Below the pieces are notes generated by a model that was not told the DNA's origin, did no database searches, and worked only from the letters and a program-made list of their open reading frames with translations. A program made the translations under genes and the position numbers. From Azolla caroliniana (taxonomy: Eukaryota; Plantae; Polypodiophyta), in the NCBI GenBank assembly GCA_043228905.1, contig JBHGNT010000002.1, forward strand, positions 7,688,001 through 7,752,000: a stretch of DNA of 64,000 nt, given 5' to 3'. Shown piece after piece: positions 26,401 through 38,191 of this stretch (position 1 is the first letter of the stretch; each line of letters starts with the position of its first letter).

Positions 26401-26999
26401 ATGATGAGTTGCGAAGTACGCAAAACTTCCTTCGGGATATGCAAGATATGTTGCATATTGCACGAGATAATATAAAAACAGCTCAAGATAGAGCGCGTTT
26501 TTATGCCGATCATCATAGGCAACCTCGTGTATTCAACCCTGGACAGAAGGTATTTTTACATGTACCTCACAATTCCAAGACATTGTCTACGGGTAAGTGC
26601 GCTAAGTTAGCCCCACGGTTTTGTGGACCTTTTACAGTCCTCAAACGCATTGGGTCATCAGCCTATCGTCTCGCTCTTCCCGATGGTGTCGGAATTCATC
26701 CAGTCTTTCATGTGAGTCGTCTAAAAGAACTTCTAGGTTCTGGCGACAATACAGTTACGACTGAAACTCTGGTTACTTCTGAAGAATTATCTTCTAAACC
26801 ACATCTACCAGAAAGAATTCTCGATGTTAAAACAAAAAAATTACGTACTAAAGAAATCCGAGAATTTAAAATAAAATGGCTGGATAAATCAATAAAAGAT
26901 GCCACATGGGAACGCGAAACTACTCTTAGAACTAACTTCCCTAACTTTCCATTGCAAGAGTGCAATGTTTTAAAGAGGGGGAGTATGTTACGAGCATGA
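23436..26999 (+). CDS. pol: Pol polyprotein PR-RT-RH-IN-chromodomain (1187 aa, no Gag)
   Basis: LFDSGS, FLDD, ETDASD, HHCC-type integrase zinc finger, SDRD, GPF, PERILD..KIKW..DATWE; uninterrupted ORF. Confidence 0.93.
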   Translation: MINCLAYLLYASNIKHSRRPSGQIPNVLQVYTHHLSNCQCSFPHYVLGPNDLLRANGYINGSPVQFLFDSGSSHNFVNDRLVQIWGIQPTVSDHTYTVHLADGRVQYINGAIHSLGISIDTYIEEVDFHVMNLCTTDVILGYPWFFNKNSSLFIDWVRHSISFVLNDCTHFIQCVKKQSLSIVSSCPSISELSCSTLFYCVLDPDIHVYNIDNVPIQLTYFEQQQLDEIINDFHDVFPSELPDGLPPKRNIDHRIDIVPGVAPISIPPYRLSRSEEDEVSKQLKDYLRMGYIRYSKSPWGAPVLLVKKKEGTWRMCINYRRLNKVTIKNSYPLPRADDLIDRLQGARYFTKLDLRTGYHQIQISEDDVPKTAFRTRYGHYEFLVMPFGLTNASATFQQEMNDIFREQLGKFVVIFLDDILVYSRTLQEHARHVRFVLQTLRDKQFYAKISKCEFFKKSITYLGHLITKRGVEIDPSRIEKIKLWPTLRNIREVRSFLGFVGFLRKSLRNYSQLTTPFTDLLKGQTRKSTKPIVWNATLDLAFKELKDLVCKAPSLLLPDPSKPFEVETDASDYAIGVVLYQDGKPIAFESKKLDSAQCRYTVQEKELFAVIHALKTWRHYLYGNHFVVTTDHESLKYFCDQQDLKGRKARWADLIQDFDFSIRYRKGSMNIIADALSRIREVNTLSFTEISSDLYDHLRGKYPDDSYFAKYWARVESGTDTTTSSKEYFHIANGLLYRKGKVCVPDLPEVEKRILFECHDAPSAGHPGIHRTLVLISTQFYWPKMRPDIHSYVTKCHQCQVNKAERLKAAGLLHPLDIPNNKWESISMDFIVSLPRTQKGHDAIWVVVDRLTKMARFIATKTTVTAPELAYQFVDELFRFYGLPMDIVSDRDPKFTSDFWTQVFKKLETTLSMSSTDHLQSDGQTERVNQIIEDMLRAYVGAKPTKWERYLPILEFAYNSSKHTSTGYSPFMLMYGFQPRAPIDVTIHHDELRSTQNFLRDMQDMLHIARDNIKTAQDRARFYADHHRQPRVFNPGQKVFLHVPHNSKTLSTGKCAKLAPRFCGPFTVLKRIGSSAYRLALPDGVGIHPVFHVSRLKELLGSGDNTVTTETLVTSEELSSKPHLPERILDVKTKKLRTKEIREFKIKWLDKSIKDATWERETTLRTNFPNFPLQECNVLKRGSMLRA

Positions 27000-27439
27000 C
27001 CATATAATATCCCGTGGTAAGAATTTACCGTAGTAATCTATACACGTGGATAAGTGTGAGGGTTAAATGAGAGTGTAAAGAAGGGGAGGATTACTTTTAT
27101 CCTCGGGATTGAGACAACCCATTAGGTCAAGTGTGAACTTGCCTGGGGGCCTTGGGTATCGCTATAAATAAGAGGCCTAGCTACCCTCATTTGATCATCT
27201 TTTGACTACATCGAGACTCTGCTCGTGTGGTGGGTCAACTCTTGTAGCGAGCGCGCCAGCACCAGGTACGACTCGACGCCACGGCGGTGGTATGGGACGC
27301 CGATCGAGGCTCGAGTCCGTCTCGATCCCTTCGCTCGGGGGTGGTCGGGTGGATCGGCACCCTTCTTTCTCTTTCTCCTTTCTATCTTTCAATTCTTTAT
27401 CCTTATCATAAGCTTACATTAGTGCTATGATCTATAATA
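26986..27439 (+). repeat. Element C 3' LTR
   Basis: Direct repeat of 21854-22307. Confidence 0.93.
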
Positions 27440-27444
27440 ATGTC

Positions 27445-28801
27445 GATCTAGAAAAACCATTCATTATCGAAGCTGACGCATCGGATTTTGCATTGGGGAG
27501 CATTCTATCACAACAGTGAAATGATGAGAAGCTACATCTTGTGGATTTTCACTCACGCAAGTTTGACGCCGCTTAAATCAACTACAAAATTCATGATAAG
27601 GAGCTATTGGCAATAGTGGATTCTTTTATGCAATGGAGGCATTTTCTGGAGGGATCCTCTCATCTGGTCACCGTATTTAGTGACCACAAGAACCTTGCCT
27701 ACTTTCAGGATGCTCGTGTGTTGAATCGACGTCAAGCTCGGTGGGCCCACTTCCTCACGCGTTTCAACTTCAAAATTACATATCGTCCGAGGAAGCACCA
27801 AGGGAAGGCAGATGCATTATCACGGTGTTCGTATCTAGCACCCCGTCCCGGCGAGCCGGCTTTCGATAACCAAAAACAAGTCATCTTGGGACCGGCACGA
27901 CTACAAACAATACAGATCTTTGACATGCCCATGGATTCCCACGTTACCGATTCCATACGCGAAGATTTGAAGACAGATGCGTTCGCCCAAGCTATACTAG
28001 CACAAATTGATCCCTCTCGAGTGTCGTGTTCAAAGTCGCAACCACCAGGTACGGACTATCGGCAATTCAAATACCATGATGGATTTCTCTTCTTTAAAGA
28101 ACTTTTGTATGTTCCTAATGGTTCTTGCCGCCTTCAAGTAGTACAAAACTGTCTTGACACATATACAGCTGGGCATTTTGGTAGTACTAAAACATTACAT
28201 TTAGTACAATGATCATTCTGGTGGCTCTGTATGCGACAATTTGTCGAGGATTTTGTTCGGACTTGTGATACATGTTGCAGAGCGAAAATGCCAAGGCATC
28301 ATCCATATGGTTTATTACAACCATTACCAATTCCAAGCAAGCCGTGGCAATCCATTGCTCTAGACTTCATCATAGATCTTCCAGTCTCTAATGGGTTCAA
28401 TGCGATTCTAACGGTGGTCGATCGATATACAAAGATGGCTCATTTCTTGCCATGTACTAAGGAGATCTCCAGTGAACACACTGCTGAAATTGTCATGCGT
28501 GAAGTATGTCGGCATCATGGACTTCCCGATAGTATCATCAGCGACCGTGGACCCCAGTTCGTGTCAAAATTCTGGAAGCACCCTTTTAACATGCTCAAGG
28601 TCACTTGTAACCTCTCCTCCGGCTACCACCCACAAACCGACGGCCAAGCCAAACGAACCAATCAAACGTTGGAGCAGTATCTGCGGTGCTTTCTCAGCTA
28701 TCATCAAGATGACTGGGCAAATATTCTCCACTTCACCGAATTTGCCTATAACAAGTCTATCCACGTATCGACTAAAGTTACGCCATTTTATGCTTATACG
28801 G
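27445..28801 (+). pseudogene. pol: Element B RNase H-integrase segment
   Basis: EADASD, DHKNL, ADALSR, CDTC, PWQSIALDF, SDRG, HPQTDGQ. Confidence 0.9.
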
Positions 28802-29474
28802 TGTCGTGAGGAAAACCGTCCCCAGGCGCAAACTGTGTGTAGCGTGTGTGAACCGGCCCTTACACGTGGGTACGCCCCTTGTTGTATAGTAGATAAGTAG
28901 GCACAAAAGTCAAATCCTAGGTAGCAATATTCTATGGGGAGAATCGAGGAGTATCTCTGTCCGGAAGGACAGCGAATTAATGTGATTTACACAGGTGAAA
29001 ACGGTCTCCCTCCTTGAGATATAAAAGAGAGGGAGACAGGGGGGGTAAAGGAGGAGAAAGTGTTGTCGGACTGGAACCAAGCCCTTCTCTGTCATTCTAG
29101 ATAGCTTTCCTTTGCGCAGGTTCTCGGGAGGCTGATTCTGCTCTGTGGAACGTCCGTGTGCTTTCGGCAGAATCTCCATCTTTCTCCCGTATGCGCGTGG
29201 GTGATCAGGCGTCGATATCCGTCTAGGCGACCTGATCGGTTGTAGCCATTCACGTTGTCTGCATACATATATTTATATACATACACTGGTGTTCTTATAC
29301 TCTATTCCCCATTCAACTCGTGTCTCTTGTGTTGTTGGGGCGTGTTCCCATGCGCTTCTTTGTCTATAGGTGTGGGAGCATGTCTCTCTCTCTCTCCCTT
29401 TTCTTACCTATTCCTCAGTCCAAGACCCCTGTGGTCCCGCCTTGTTCCCCACGCGCGCGCGTAATAACGTGACA
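28802..29474 (+). repeat. Element D 5' LTR
   Basis: tgtcgtgagg...cgtgaca. Confidence 0.9.
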
Positions 29475-29479
29475 TCATT

Positions 29480-29497
29480 TGGTGAACCCGACGTGAA
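29480..29497 (+). promoter_or_regulatory. PBS, tRNA-Trp
   Basis: TGGTGAACCCGACGTGAA, nearly identical to the avian leukosis virus tRNA-Trp PBS TGGTGACCCCGACGTGAT. Confidence 0.8.
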
Positions 29498-29518
29498 CAG
29501 GTGGCAGGGGAGTAGAAG

Positions 29519-31636
29519 ATGAGGGGGTCGGATCTCGCAGAAGCCATGGCTTCGGCTGTGGACCATATAGTGAGCGCGCACGAAGGCACCCTTGATAGGG
29601 CTATCAAGGCGGTTGTCGGTACGATCAGCCAGTTTATTGGGAAGGATGCCACGAGCTACTTGGCGTCCTACCGAGCTAAGATGGTAATGAGGGACATTCC
29701 GGAAGAGAGGCGTCTAGCTGGATTCCCTCGAGTGGCGATGCCGGGCATCCATACAGAGGTGATCGAGGTATGGGCCAAGAGCCGGACCTGGGAGGAGTTC
29801 GAAGGTCGGCTCCTTGAAAAATACGGGCTTGAAGATGCGCTTCGACTTTCGAAGCGGGACTTCGTGGAGTGTGTGGAGACCCACAACAAAGGAAGGAACA
29901 CGTCGGTGCTCCTCCGGGAGTTTGAGGAACGCTTCGCTCGCCTCTCGGTGCTTGACCGGACCATTCTGGACACAAGTCGTGTCCTATTGTTTGTTAAGTC
30001 AGTTGACGAGCGGGATCGGGAGCAAGTAGGCCTCCTATTGGAGACTGATGACGGGCTGATGGCTGACTGGGCCGTGGTGAAGAGGGTGTGTGGCCGTTTC
30101 GACAAACACCGGGAATGGGTTGACAAAGGATCGACAGGGGCGGGCTCGGTCGCAGCAAGGAAGCTCGAGCCAACACCACCAACGCGAAGGGAAGAGACCC
30201 GAGATTGGCTCGAGACCAGATCGACTTCGACCGGCATGATCAAGGGCTCGCTCAGGGGAGCAGCTCTGGAGGAACTGACGCGGATGGTAAAAGATCTCCA
30301 GATCGCCCAAGTACGGAGGGATGGTGGCGAACAGGCCCGTGATCGACGACCTCTGGTTGGAAACAGGTGCATGTGGTGTGACGCGGTTGGCCACATCTTG
30401 ATGGACTGCGGGAACTTCGTCGAGGCGATGAGAAGCAACGTGGTGTACCTATGGAACAGTTCGGTGCACGCTAGCGAGACCTGAAGGCCCCTAGACCTGA
30501 ACGTCGGGCGAGGAGGTATGAAAAGGCTGATGGAGGAGGCAGCGGCTCGTCACGTGGGGACCGTCCACTATTCGGCATCGGCTGGTATTCGGGTCAGAGG
30601 TGGCGAGGCCCCGAAGATGAACAATGCTGGGTTCTGGCCGACGATGTTAGAAGGCCTCACTGGCGCACAACTAAGGAAAGAAGAGGCGGACCGCGCAGAA
30701 AAACGGGTCCGGGAGGTAACCGGGTGGAGTGACCCGGTGGAAGAAAAGACGAGCTTCGTCGAAGCAGCTTGTCAAAACTACGAGGCTCTGGTGGAGGACA
30801 AGCGGGTAGGGAAAACCGGAGGGGCCGGGCCCTCGCAATGATATGAAACCCGATTCGGGCAAAGGCGGAATGAGGCCGGTGTAACTGGCGCCCAGGATAA
30901 TCCCAAGAAGGGCGGGTACCGACTGGGCACAAAAATCGAAAGATCCACGGACCTGCGAAAGGTCCTGGAAGAGCGAATCCTCGACAGCAAGGTGGAACTG
31001 TCGCTGAGGGAAGTGCTCGGGATCGCCAAGGAGTTCCACGACTCCATCGTAGACTTGGTGAAGAGGAAGAGGCTGTCGACGGAGTCAGAACCGGAGAAGC
31101 CGGTGGAGGTGCGGACGACGCACATAGAGGACATGGCGCTAGAAGACGAGTTGGCGGAGAGCCATTATTCGAGGCTGCAGTGGGCCAGAGCGACCACGGA
31201 GACCCCCGTGAAGATCGGAGATGTTCATGAACCGGTGGTGGCGTTGGTGGACCATGGTTTAGAAATCAATTTGATGTCCATGGACTTCTACAAGAAGGGG
31301 AAATGGCCAATCAACACCAAGCACGGGTGGAAAATACGGGCAGTGACGCGTGCCACCAAAGAACTGCATGGAGCCTGCCCGAATGTACGAGTAAATATCG
31401 GCGATGTCGAGATTGACCAACACTTCTTCGTGCAGGAGACGTCCTCACATCCGGTTATACTAGGAGAACCGTACATCACGACAGCACGGATGGAGACCAA
31501 GGTGCTGGACAACGGCTCGGCCTATGCAAGGGTCAAGAGCCAGGATAGGCGCCACTCGGTCCAGTTCCTGACGGTGAGACCAAACTATTAGCGGAACCGC
31601 CAGACCCTCGGGGGCGAAAACCGAGAGGATTTTTAG
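29519..31636 (+). pseudogene. gag: Element D gag-protease (stops)
   Basis: ORFs 29519..30484, 30518..30841 and 30992..31591 share one frame; CMWCDAVGH knuckle; VVALVDHGLEINLM protease. Confidence 0.85.
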
Positions 31637-31857
31637 AGAGGGCTATCAAGGCGTGGGTCCGCGATAGTTCGGACACTCCGGGAAAACCCCACAAGTGTAC
31701 GACAACGAAGGAGACTTGTACCATAGGTAGGAAATTTTGGCTCTCCGATAGCGAAGGTTGTACTATAACCAACGTCAGCGGCAGGGAGAGGAAGCGAGCG
31801 GAGGAGCGGCTCAAGGGATGTGGATTCCTCTTCCCCGACGAGAACATCAGCGGCGCC

Positions 31858-34800
31858 GTGGAGGCGGTCTCTTTTGACGACACCTTGGGCGAACTACGAA
31901 AGGTGATCGATGGAGACCTTAGAGAAGACCGGACCGTTTCGGTGGGGTCGATAGGAATGTACGAAGTCATCGCGGCCTTCGGGGAAAGGATCGGGTCGGA
32001 TCGGACGGCCCGAGTGGACACGAAGTACAAGACGGTGGACCGGAAGGTGAGGCCAGTCACGGCACCCTTGCCGGAGGGCAGTGAAGGACGGATAAAAGGG
32101 GTTGCGTCGGACCCAAGTTTACGAAATCCGACCGGCATAGGTCACCGGTTCACCGATATAACGCTACGGGAGCTCAAGGTCGGTGGGGGCGGCTTCCTAT
32201 TGCCGGCGGAGGAGGACCGGTTTCGGAGAATGCTCGGGAGGCACGGGAAGGCTTTCGCATTCTCACCAGAGGAGATCGGGTGCGTAGACCCGACAGTTGT
32301 CGAACCGATGGTGATCTTCATGGTACCGCATGTACCGTGGAATCTCAAACCGATTCCGGTGCCAAGAGCTCACATCCCGAAGTTGATGGAGCTCCTAAAG
32401 CAAAAGGTGGAGATGGGCATCCTCGAACCGTCGAGTGCCCCATACTCGAATCCGTGGTTTACCGTGCCGAAGAAGAACGGCACACTGCGCTTTATTCAAG
32501 ACCTGCAGCCGGTCAACAAGGTGACCATTCGAAACGCAGGAATCGGACCGACAATAGACGAGTTCGCGGAGGCCTTCGCCGAAAGGTCGATTTACTCGGT
32601 CGGTGATCTCTACTCGGGGTACGATCAGTTCCAGCTAGCCATAGAGAGCAGAGACATCACAACAATGCGAACTCCTCTCGGCCTAGTACGGATGTGTACC
32701 CTACCGCAAGGAGGGACGAACTCGGTGGCTCACATGGTGAACGCCATGAACAAGGTGTTGAGGGATTGTATTCTGGACATCACCATGCCGTTTTTGGACG
32801 ACGTCCCGATCAAGGGATGCCCGATGGAGAAAAGGGACGAGACGATCGGACCGGACGGGTGCCGGAAATTCATGGCGACGCACATCGATGACTGCGAAAG
32901 GGTGCTGCAGAGGTTAGAGGGCACCATGCTCACCTTCTCCGGGGGAAAATCGGACTTCGGGCAATCAGAGATCATAGTCGTCGGACACCTATGCGGGTCG
33001 TACGGCCGGAAACCGTCTCCGGCTAAGGTAGAAGCCATCTCCGCGATGAAGCCCGACTGTAGCTCGATCACGGAGGTTCGGGGGTTCTTGGGAGCATGTG
33101 CGTTCTACCACATATGGATCCCGCATTATGCCCACGTCACGGAGCCGTTATACGGGTTACTAATAAAGGGGCGAAAATTCGAGTGGAGAGACGAGCATAC
33201 GAAGTCTGTCCAGAAGATGAAGGAAGCACTTGCCACGGCTCCGGCGCTCCGAAAGGCTGTCTACAGAAAGAGCACTCCAACTTATGTAACAGTAGACACG
33301 AGTCCGACCGGGATCGGATGGGTCATCAACCAAGAGGACGAGGAGGGCATGCGTTTCCTGATCCGGTTTGGCGCAAAGGTCCTTAGCGAGCGACAGCGAG
33401 GATACGCCCAGGTTAAACGCGAGCTCTGGGGTATCGTTTCGGCGGTAAAGGCCGATAAAGACTACCTAATCGGGACAGAGGTAATTATCGAGACGGACTG
33501 CCTGCCGATTCTTGGCATGGTTTCTGGATGCGCGACGCCGGACCTGGCAATGCTCAGGTGGATAGCGTACATCAAGTCCCTGAATCCGGAAATACGACAC
33601 ATTTCCGGGAAAGACAATGTCATGGCCGACATCTTTCAAGGGCGAGGTTCGAAAACGAGGGTGGCATGGTTTTGGAGGACGAGGAAGTCGGCGTGGACTT
33701 CTTCGAGGCGGCTTACGTAACAACTGGCAGGGAATGCTCTCAAACGCTTAACGATTTCGACGAGAGCAAGTACAACGGGGTGTGGCTGCAGATCGGCGGG
33801 TTCCTGAAAACAATGACACCGGACACGGCATGGAAAAGGGACGAGGCCAACCGGATTCGGAAGAAAGCATACTGATTCTTCCTCCGGGACAGGTACATAT
33901 GGAAGCACCCGAAGAAGAGGAACGACATCCCGCTCCGAGTGGTGGCGAAGAAGGAGGAACAGGAGGATTTGCTGGTAGCGTACCACGATAGTCCTTGGGC
34001 TGGACACCGTGGAACGTGGGCCACGTTCGAAAAGCTAAAGGGGAAGTACTGGTGGCCGAGACTATACCGGGACGTGCATCGGTTCGTGACGACTTGCGAA
34101 AGCTATCAGGTGCACTCCATGATCCGACACCGGGACGAGCTTCACCCGACCTACCCTCCGACCGTCCACTTCAAGTGGATGGTGGATTTGGTAACGATGC
34201 CGATGGGGGTAGGACAGATGCGGTATCTGGTGCTGGCTCGGGAGGATCTAACGAACCAGGTTGAAGGCCAAGCCCTACCGAACAAGACGATTGCATCCGT
34301 GTGTCGGTTTTTGATTGAGGACGTGATATGTCAATACGGGTGCGTAGGGAAGATCGTGGCTGACCGTGGTGAGTTGGACGCAGAAGAGGCCGAAGAGCTG
34401 TTCGACCGGCTAGGAGTCAATCTTTCACTCACCACAGCGTACAATCCGGAGGCGAACGGGAAGGTAGAGCGCGGACACGGGCCGATTGTCAAAGCGCTAG
34501 TACGGGCGTGCGGAGGCCAAGTCGGGAACTGGCCATGACTGCTACCCTATGCCTTGTGGGCGGACCGGACTACGCACAGTTCGGTAACCGGGTTCATGCC
34601 GGCAGAGCTTATGTTCGGACAGAAGCCGATCATGACAACAGAGCGAACGATCTCCTCGTGGGCCACGGTGGACTGGAGGGATGAGATGAGCCAGGAGGAA
34701 CTGTTGGCGGCGCGGATTCAACAGTTCGAGCGGAGGCCGGAGGACGTAGAGCGAGCCGCGGAGAAACTTCGGGTAGCGAGGATAAGGAACAAAGCTTGGT

Positions 34801-35120
34801 TCGACCGAACACACCGGCTTCGGCCAAGGAAGATCGAGGAAGGCGACTGGGTGCTAGTCTACGATAGCAGCCTCGACAATCAGCACAGGGCCATGCGGAA
34901 GCTTGCGAGGAGGTGGTTCGGGCCTTACGTAGAAACAAGCGCCAACAACAATGGGACGTACCCTCTCGCGGAGCTCGACGGTACGAGAATGGCGATACCG
35001 GTAGCGGGGAAGAGGATCAAAGCGTTCAAGAAACGACACGACAGTGAGCCGGAGCTAGGGGGCATGGGCAGCAACGACGAGCAGCCCGAGGCGGAGGATG
35101 AACCGGTAAACGAGGAATAA
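31858..35120 (+). pseudogene. pol: Element D pol RT-RH-IN (frameshift and stops)
   Basis: LRFIQDLQPVN, LPQG, FLDD, VDTS, GHRG, ADRG, YNPEANGKVER, WFGPY. Confidence 0.9.
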
Positions 35121-35196
35121 AAGCAAGGACCGGTTTTCTCCAGTAGGAACCCAATTTTGGCGCATACGGGTGGATGCGCGGTTAGGTGGGGGCAGA

Positions 35197-35865
35197 TCTC
35201 GTGAGGAAAACCGTCCCCAGGCGCAAACCGTGTGTAGCGTGTGTGAACCGGCCCTTACACGTGGGCATGCCCCCTGTTGTATAGTAGATAGGTAGGCACA
35301 AAAGTCAAATCCTAGGTAGCAATATTCTATAGGGAGAATCGAGGAGTATCTCTGTCCAAAAGGACAGAGAATTAATGTGATGTACACGGGTGAAAACGGT
35401 CTCCCTTGAGATATAAAAGAGAGAGAGACAGGGGGGTAAAGGAGGAGAAAGTGTTGTCGGACTGGGACCGAGCCCTTCTTTATCATTCTATATAGCTTTC
35501 CTTTGCGCAGGTTCTCGGGAGGTTGATTCTACTCCGTGGAACGCCCGTGTGCTTCCGGTAGAATCTCCATCTTTCTCCCCTGCGCGCGTGGGTGATCAGG
35601 CGTCGGTATCCGTCTAGCCGACCTGATCGGTTGTAGTTGTTCGCGTTGTTTGCATACATATATTTATATACATACACTGGTGTTCTTATACTCTATTCCC
35701 CGTTCAACTCGTGTCTCTTGTGTTGTTGGGGCATGTTCCCGTGCGCTTCTCTGTCTATACGTGTGTAAGTGTGTGTCTCTCTCTCCCCCTTTTCTCACCT
35801 ATTCCTCGGTCCAAGACCCCTGTGGTCCCGCCTTGTTCCCCACGCGCGCGCGTAATAACGTGACA
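35197..35865 (+). repeat. Element D 3' LTR
   Basis: Direct repeat of 28802-29474, preceded by purine-rich taggtgggggcaga. Confidence 0.9.
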
Positions 35866-35869
35866 ACGG

Positions 35870-36481
35870 GATGTCACCCCCGGTGGTGTGTACTTGAAAC
35901 CCTAGAGGTGTCCACAAATCCTTGCGCAGAGGATTGTTTGGAGAGGGTACGCAAGATACAAGCGGATTTATCTACTCATCTCCAACAAGCTCAACAAACA
36001 CACAAGGTTTATGCAGATCGTCATCGACTCCCATCTAGTTTTAACATCGACTCCCATGCAAGAAGTTGGATTATCGGCGATTAGGTCCTTTCCGTATTAT
36101 AGGAAAGATTAATGATGTCGCTTTTCGTCTTGATCTACCTCCACAACTTCGGATACATCCGTTGTTTCATAGTTCTCTCCTCGAACCCTATCAAGAGAGC
36201 ACCATCCCAGGACGTATTACACGGCCTCCACCCCCGATCGAGCTTGAAGATGGACCTAAGGTACGAGGTTGCCGCCATCCTTGATTCCAAGCTTGTTCGC
36301 AACAAGGTCTACTATCTAGTCGATTGGCTAGGATATAGTCCCAACGAGCGTATTTGGGAACCGATAGAGAATGTCACCAATGCTCGTGCTCTTCTTGAAG
36401 ACTTCCATCGTCAATATCCAGACAAACTGGGTCCTCAATCCAAAACGACTCGTTACACTCGTCGTTTTAAAGGGGGGATAG
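35870..36481 (+). pseudogene. pol: Element B integrase C-terminus and chromodomain
   Basis: [22 protein letters not shown]; YEVAAILDS...YYLVDWLGY...WEP. Confidence 0.85.
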
Positions 36482-36905
36482 TGTCATGATATGGCAAGAC
36501 TCGAACCCATGACCTTATGCTACATGGGTCTAGCTCTTGACCATTAGACTATACATTGAGATACGTAGAATATTATTTTCATTTATGTTTTATTATAGAA
36601 AATTGATGTATATTCCAAATTTCTCTAGAACATTCTAGAAACTTCAGGAGTATTCCTTAGAACACTATAAAAGGAGGCACAAGGCATTATTTCGAACCAA
36701 ATTAGTTCAACACCAGTCTTAAGCCTCCTAGCTACTGTACATTTTCTTCACATAATATATATCTTTTCTTATCATCTCTCTCTCTCGATCTCTCTCTCCC
36801 TCCCTCTAACTCACTCTTTCCTTCTCTCGAGAGTTCTTCACCTCTCTTAGTACTAATACTTCTTTTAGTACTAATTCCTTCTCTGTCTTAGTACTGTTCT
36901 TGACA
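36482..36905 (+). repeat. Element B 3' LTR
   Basis: tgtcatgat...ttgaca. Confidence 0.9.
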
Positions 36906-36921
36906 CCCTTGAGTGCCAAAA

Positions 36922-37636
36922 TGATGAGAAGAGAGAGAGAAAAAAGATAGAGAAGAGAAGAGGAAGAAAAAAGAATACTTCAATATACTATTAAGAAAAG
37001 AATACAATCCTCTTAGACACCAAGAGGAACAACCCCAAATAACTACTTCAATATACTATTACTAAAATAGTCTTTTTGCCTTCTCTCTTTCTTCTACTAA
37101 TCGTCTTCCCACTTCTTCTAATCTTCTTCTTCTTCCTCACTTCTTCTTCTTCCCTTCTTCTTGTAGATCTTCTATCCTTCCTTGTAGATATTCTATTCTT
37201 CCTCCCCATAATTGCTAAGAATACCGCATATTTATAGGTTTTTAGTTGCGTTATTCTTGCTTTTCTCTTTTCTTTTCTTTTACATATCCTCGAGTTTGTG
37301 TGGTGCGTTTTTCATATAATTATTTCTAGGTTTTCATACAAGAAAGCTCTCTTTGTCAGCTTTCTTACAAATCTTTTCTTTTGAAATTTGGGTAAGAGAT
37401 GAAGAAGTTATGAGCTTTTTTCTCAACCTTGCTTTTTCTGCTTAATTTCCCGCGGTTATCTTCTTTTTCTATTTTTCTGCTTTTTCTACTTTTGAAAAAC
37501 GCCTCTAACTTTATTTCTCTTCAATTTCATTTATCTTTTTACTCTTGGACCTTTCATATTGTGCTTTGTTCTTCTATACCTCCGTATCCAATGTATTTGT
37601 CATGGTCTTTTCCTATGAGCAAAAATTGACTTCACA
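36922..37636 (-). repeat. Element A 5' LTR
   Basis: Direct repeat of 13894-14601. Confidence 0.85.
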
Positions 37637-37726
37637 GAAAGGGGAAGGAAATATTGAGAGAGCGAGGAGGTACGAACCGAGGGAATCACTGAGTGGGAAG
37701 GGGGGGGGAGAGAGAGAGAGAGAGAG

Positions 37727-38191
37727 TATTAGAGATTAGGTACTAAAGTAAGCATAAAATAAGGATATATCAATGATAGATCTAGAAAGAATAGAGAGAA
37801 AAGAGAGAAAGAAGGGTGCCGATCCACCCGACCACCCCCGAGCGAAGGGATCGAGACGGACTCGAGCCTCGATCGGCGTCCCATACCACCGCCTTGGCGT
37901 CGAGTCGTACCTGGACGATAGCGCGCTTGCTACAAGAGTCGTTCCACTCACGGACAGAGTCTCGACGTAGTCAATGCATGCCCAAATGAGGGTAGCTAGG
38001 CCTCTTATTTATAGTAATTCTCAAGGCCCCCAGCCATGTTCACACTTGGCCTCATGGGTTGTCTCAATCCCGAGGATTAAAAGTAATCCTCCCCTTCTTT
38101 AGACTCTTTGTTTAACCCTCACACTTATCCACGTGTATAGAATACTACGACAATTCTCACCACGGGATATTATATGGTCATGCCCGTAACA
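37727..38191 (-). repeat. Element E 3' LTR
   Basis: Direct repeat of 44309-44773. Confidence 0.93.

Larger units (their letters stand above)
21854..27439 (+). mobile_element. Element C: young gag-less chromovirus
   Basis: 454-bp LTRs (21854-22307, 26986-27439) with one difference seen; TSD atgtc; PBS tggtatcaga at 22310; PPT aaagagggggagta. Confidence 0.95.
28802..35865 (+). mobile_element. Element D: non-chromovirus Ty3/gypsy, tRNA-Trp primed (possibly Phygy-like)
   Basis: LTRs 28802-29474 and 35197-35865; 4-bp TSD acgg; PBS tggtgaacccgacgtgaa; gag, PR (LVDHG), RT (FLDD), RH, IN with GPY motif; no chromodomain. Confidence 0.9.
16622..36905 (+). mobile_element. Element B: Tf1/sushi/Tcn1-like chromovirus (Ty3/gypsy), interrupted by C and D
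   Basis: LTRs 16622-17036 and 36482-36905; TSD ccctg/ccctt; PPT aaggggggata; domain order gag (PTKFDG, CLYCGGPGHIAINC), PR (LDSGA), RT (YLDD), RH, IN, chromodomain. Confidence 0.92.
13894..37636 (-). mobile_element. Element A: degenerate Ty3/gypsy-type LTR element hosting B, C and D
   Basis: LTRs 13894-14601 and 36922-37636; PPT (tttagcccccctcc on +) next to the left LTR; PBS-like TGGCACTC next to the right LTR; TSD gaaaa/gaaag; RT remnant FVSPIVVVPKKN (14879-15259) and gag-like remnant (16261-16539). Confidence 0.8.
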
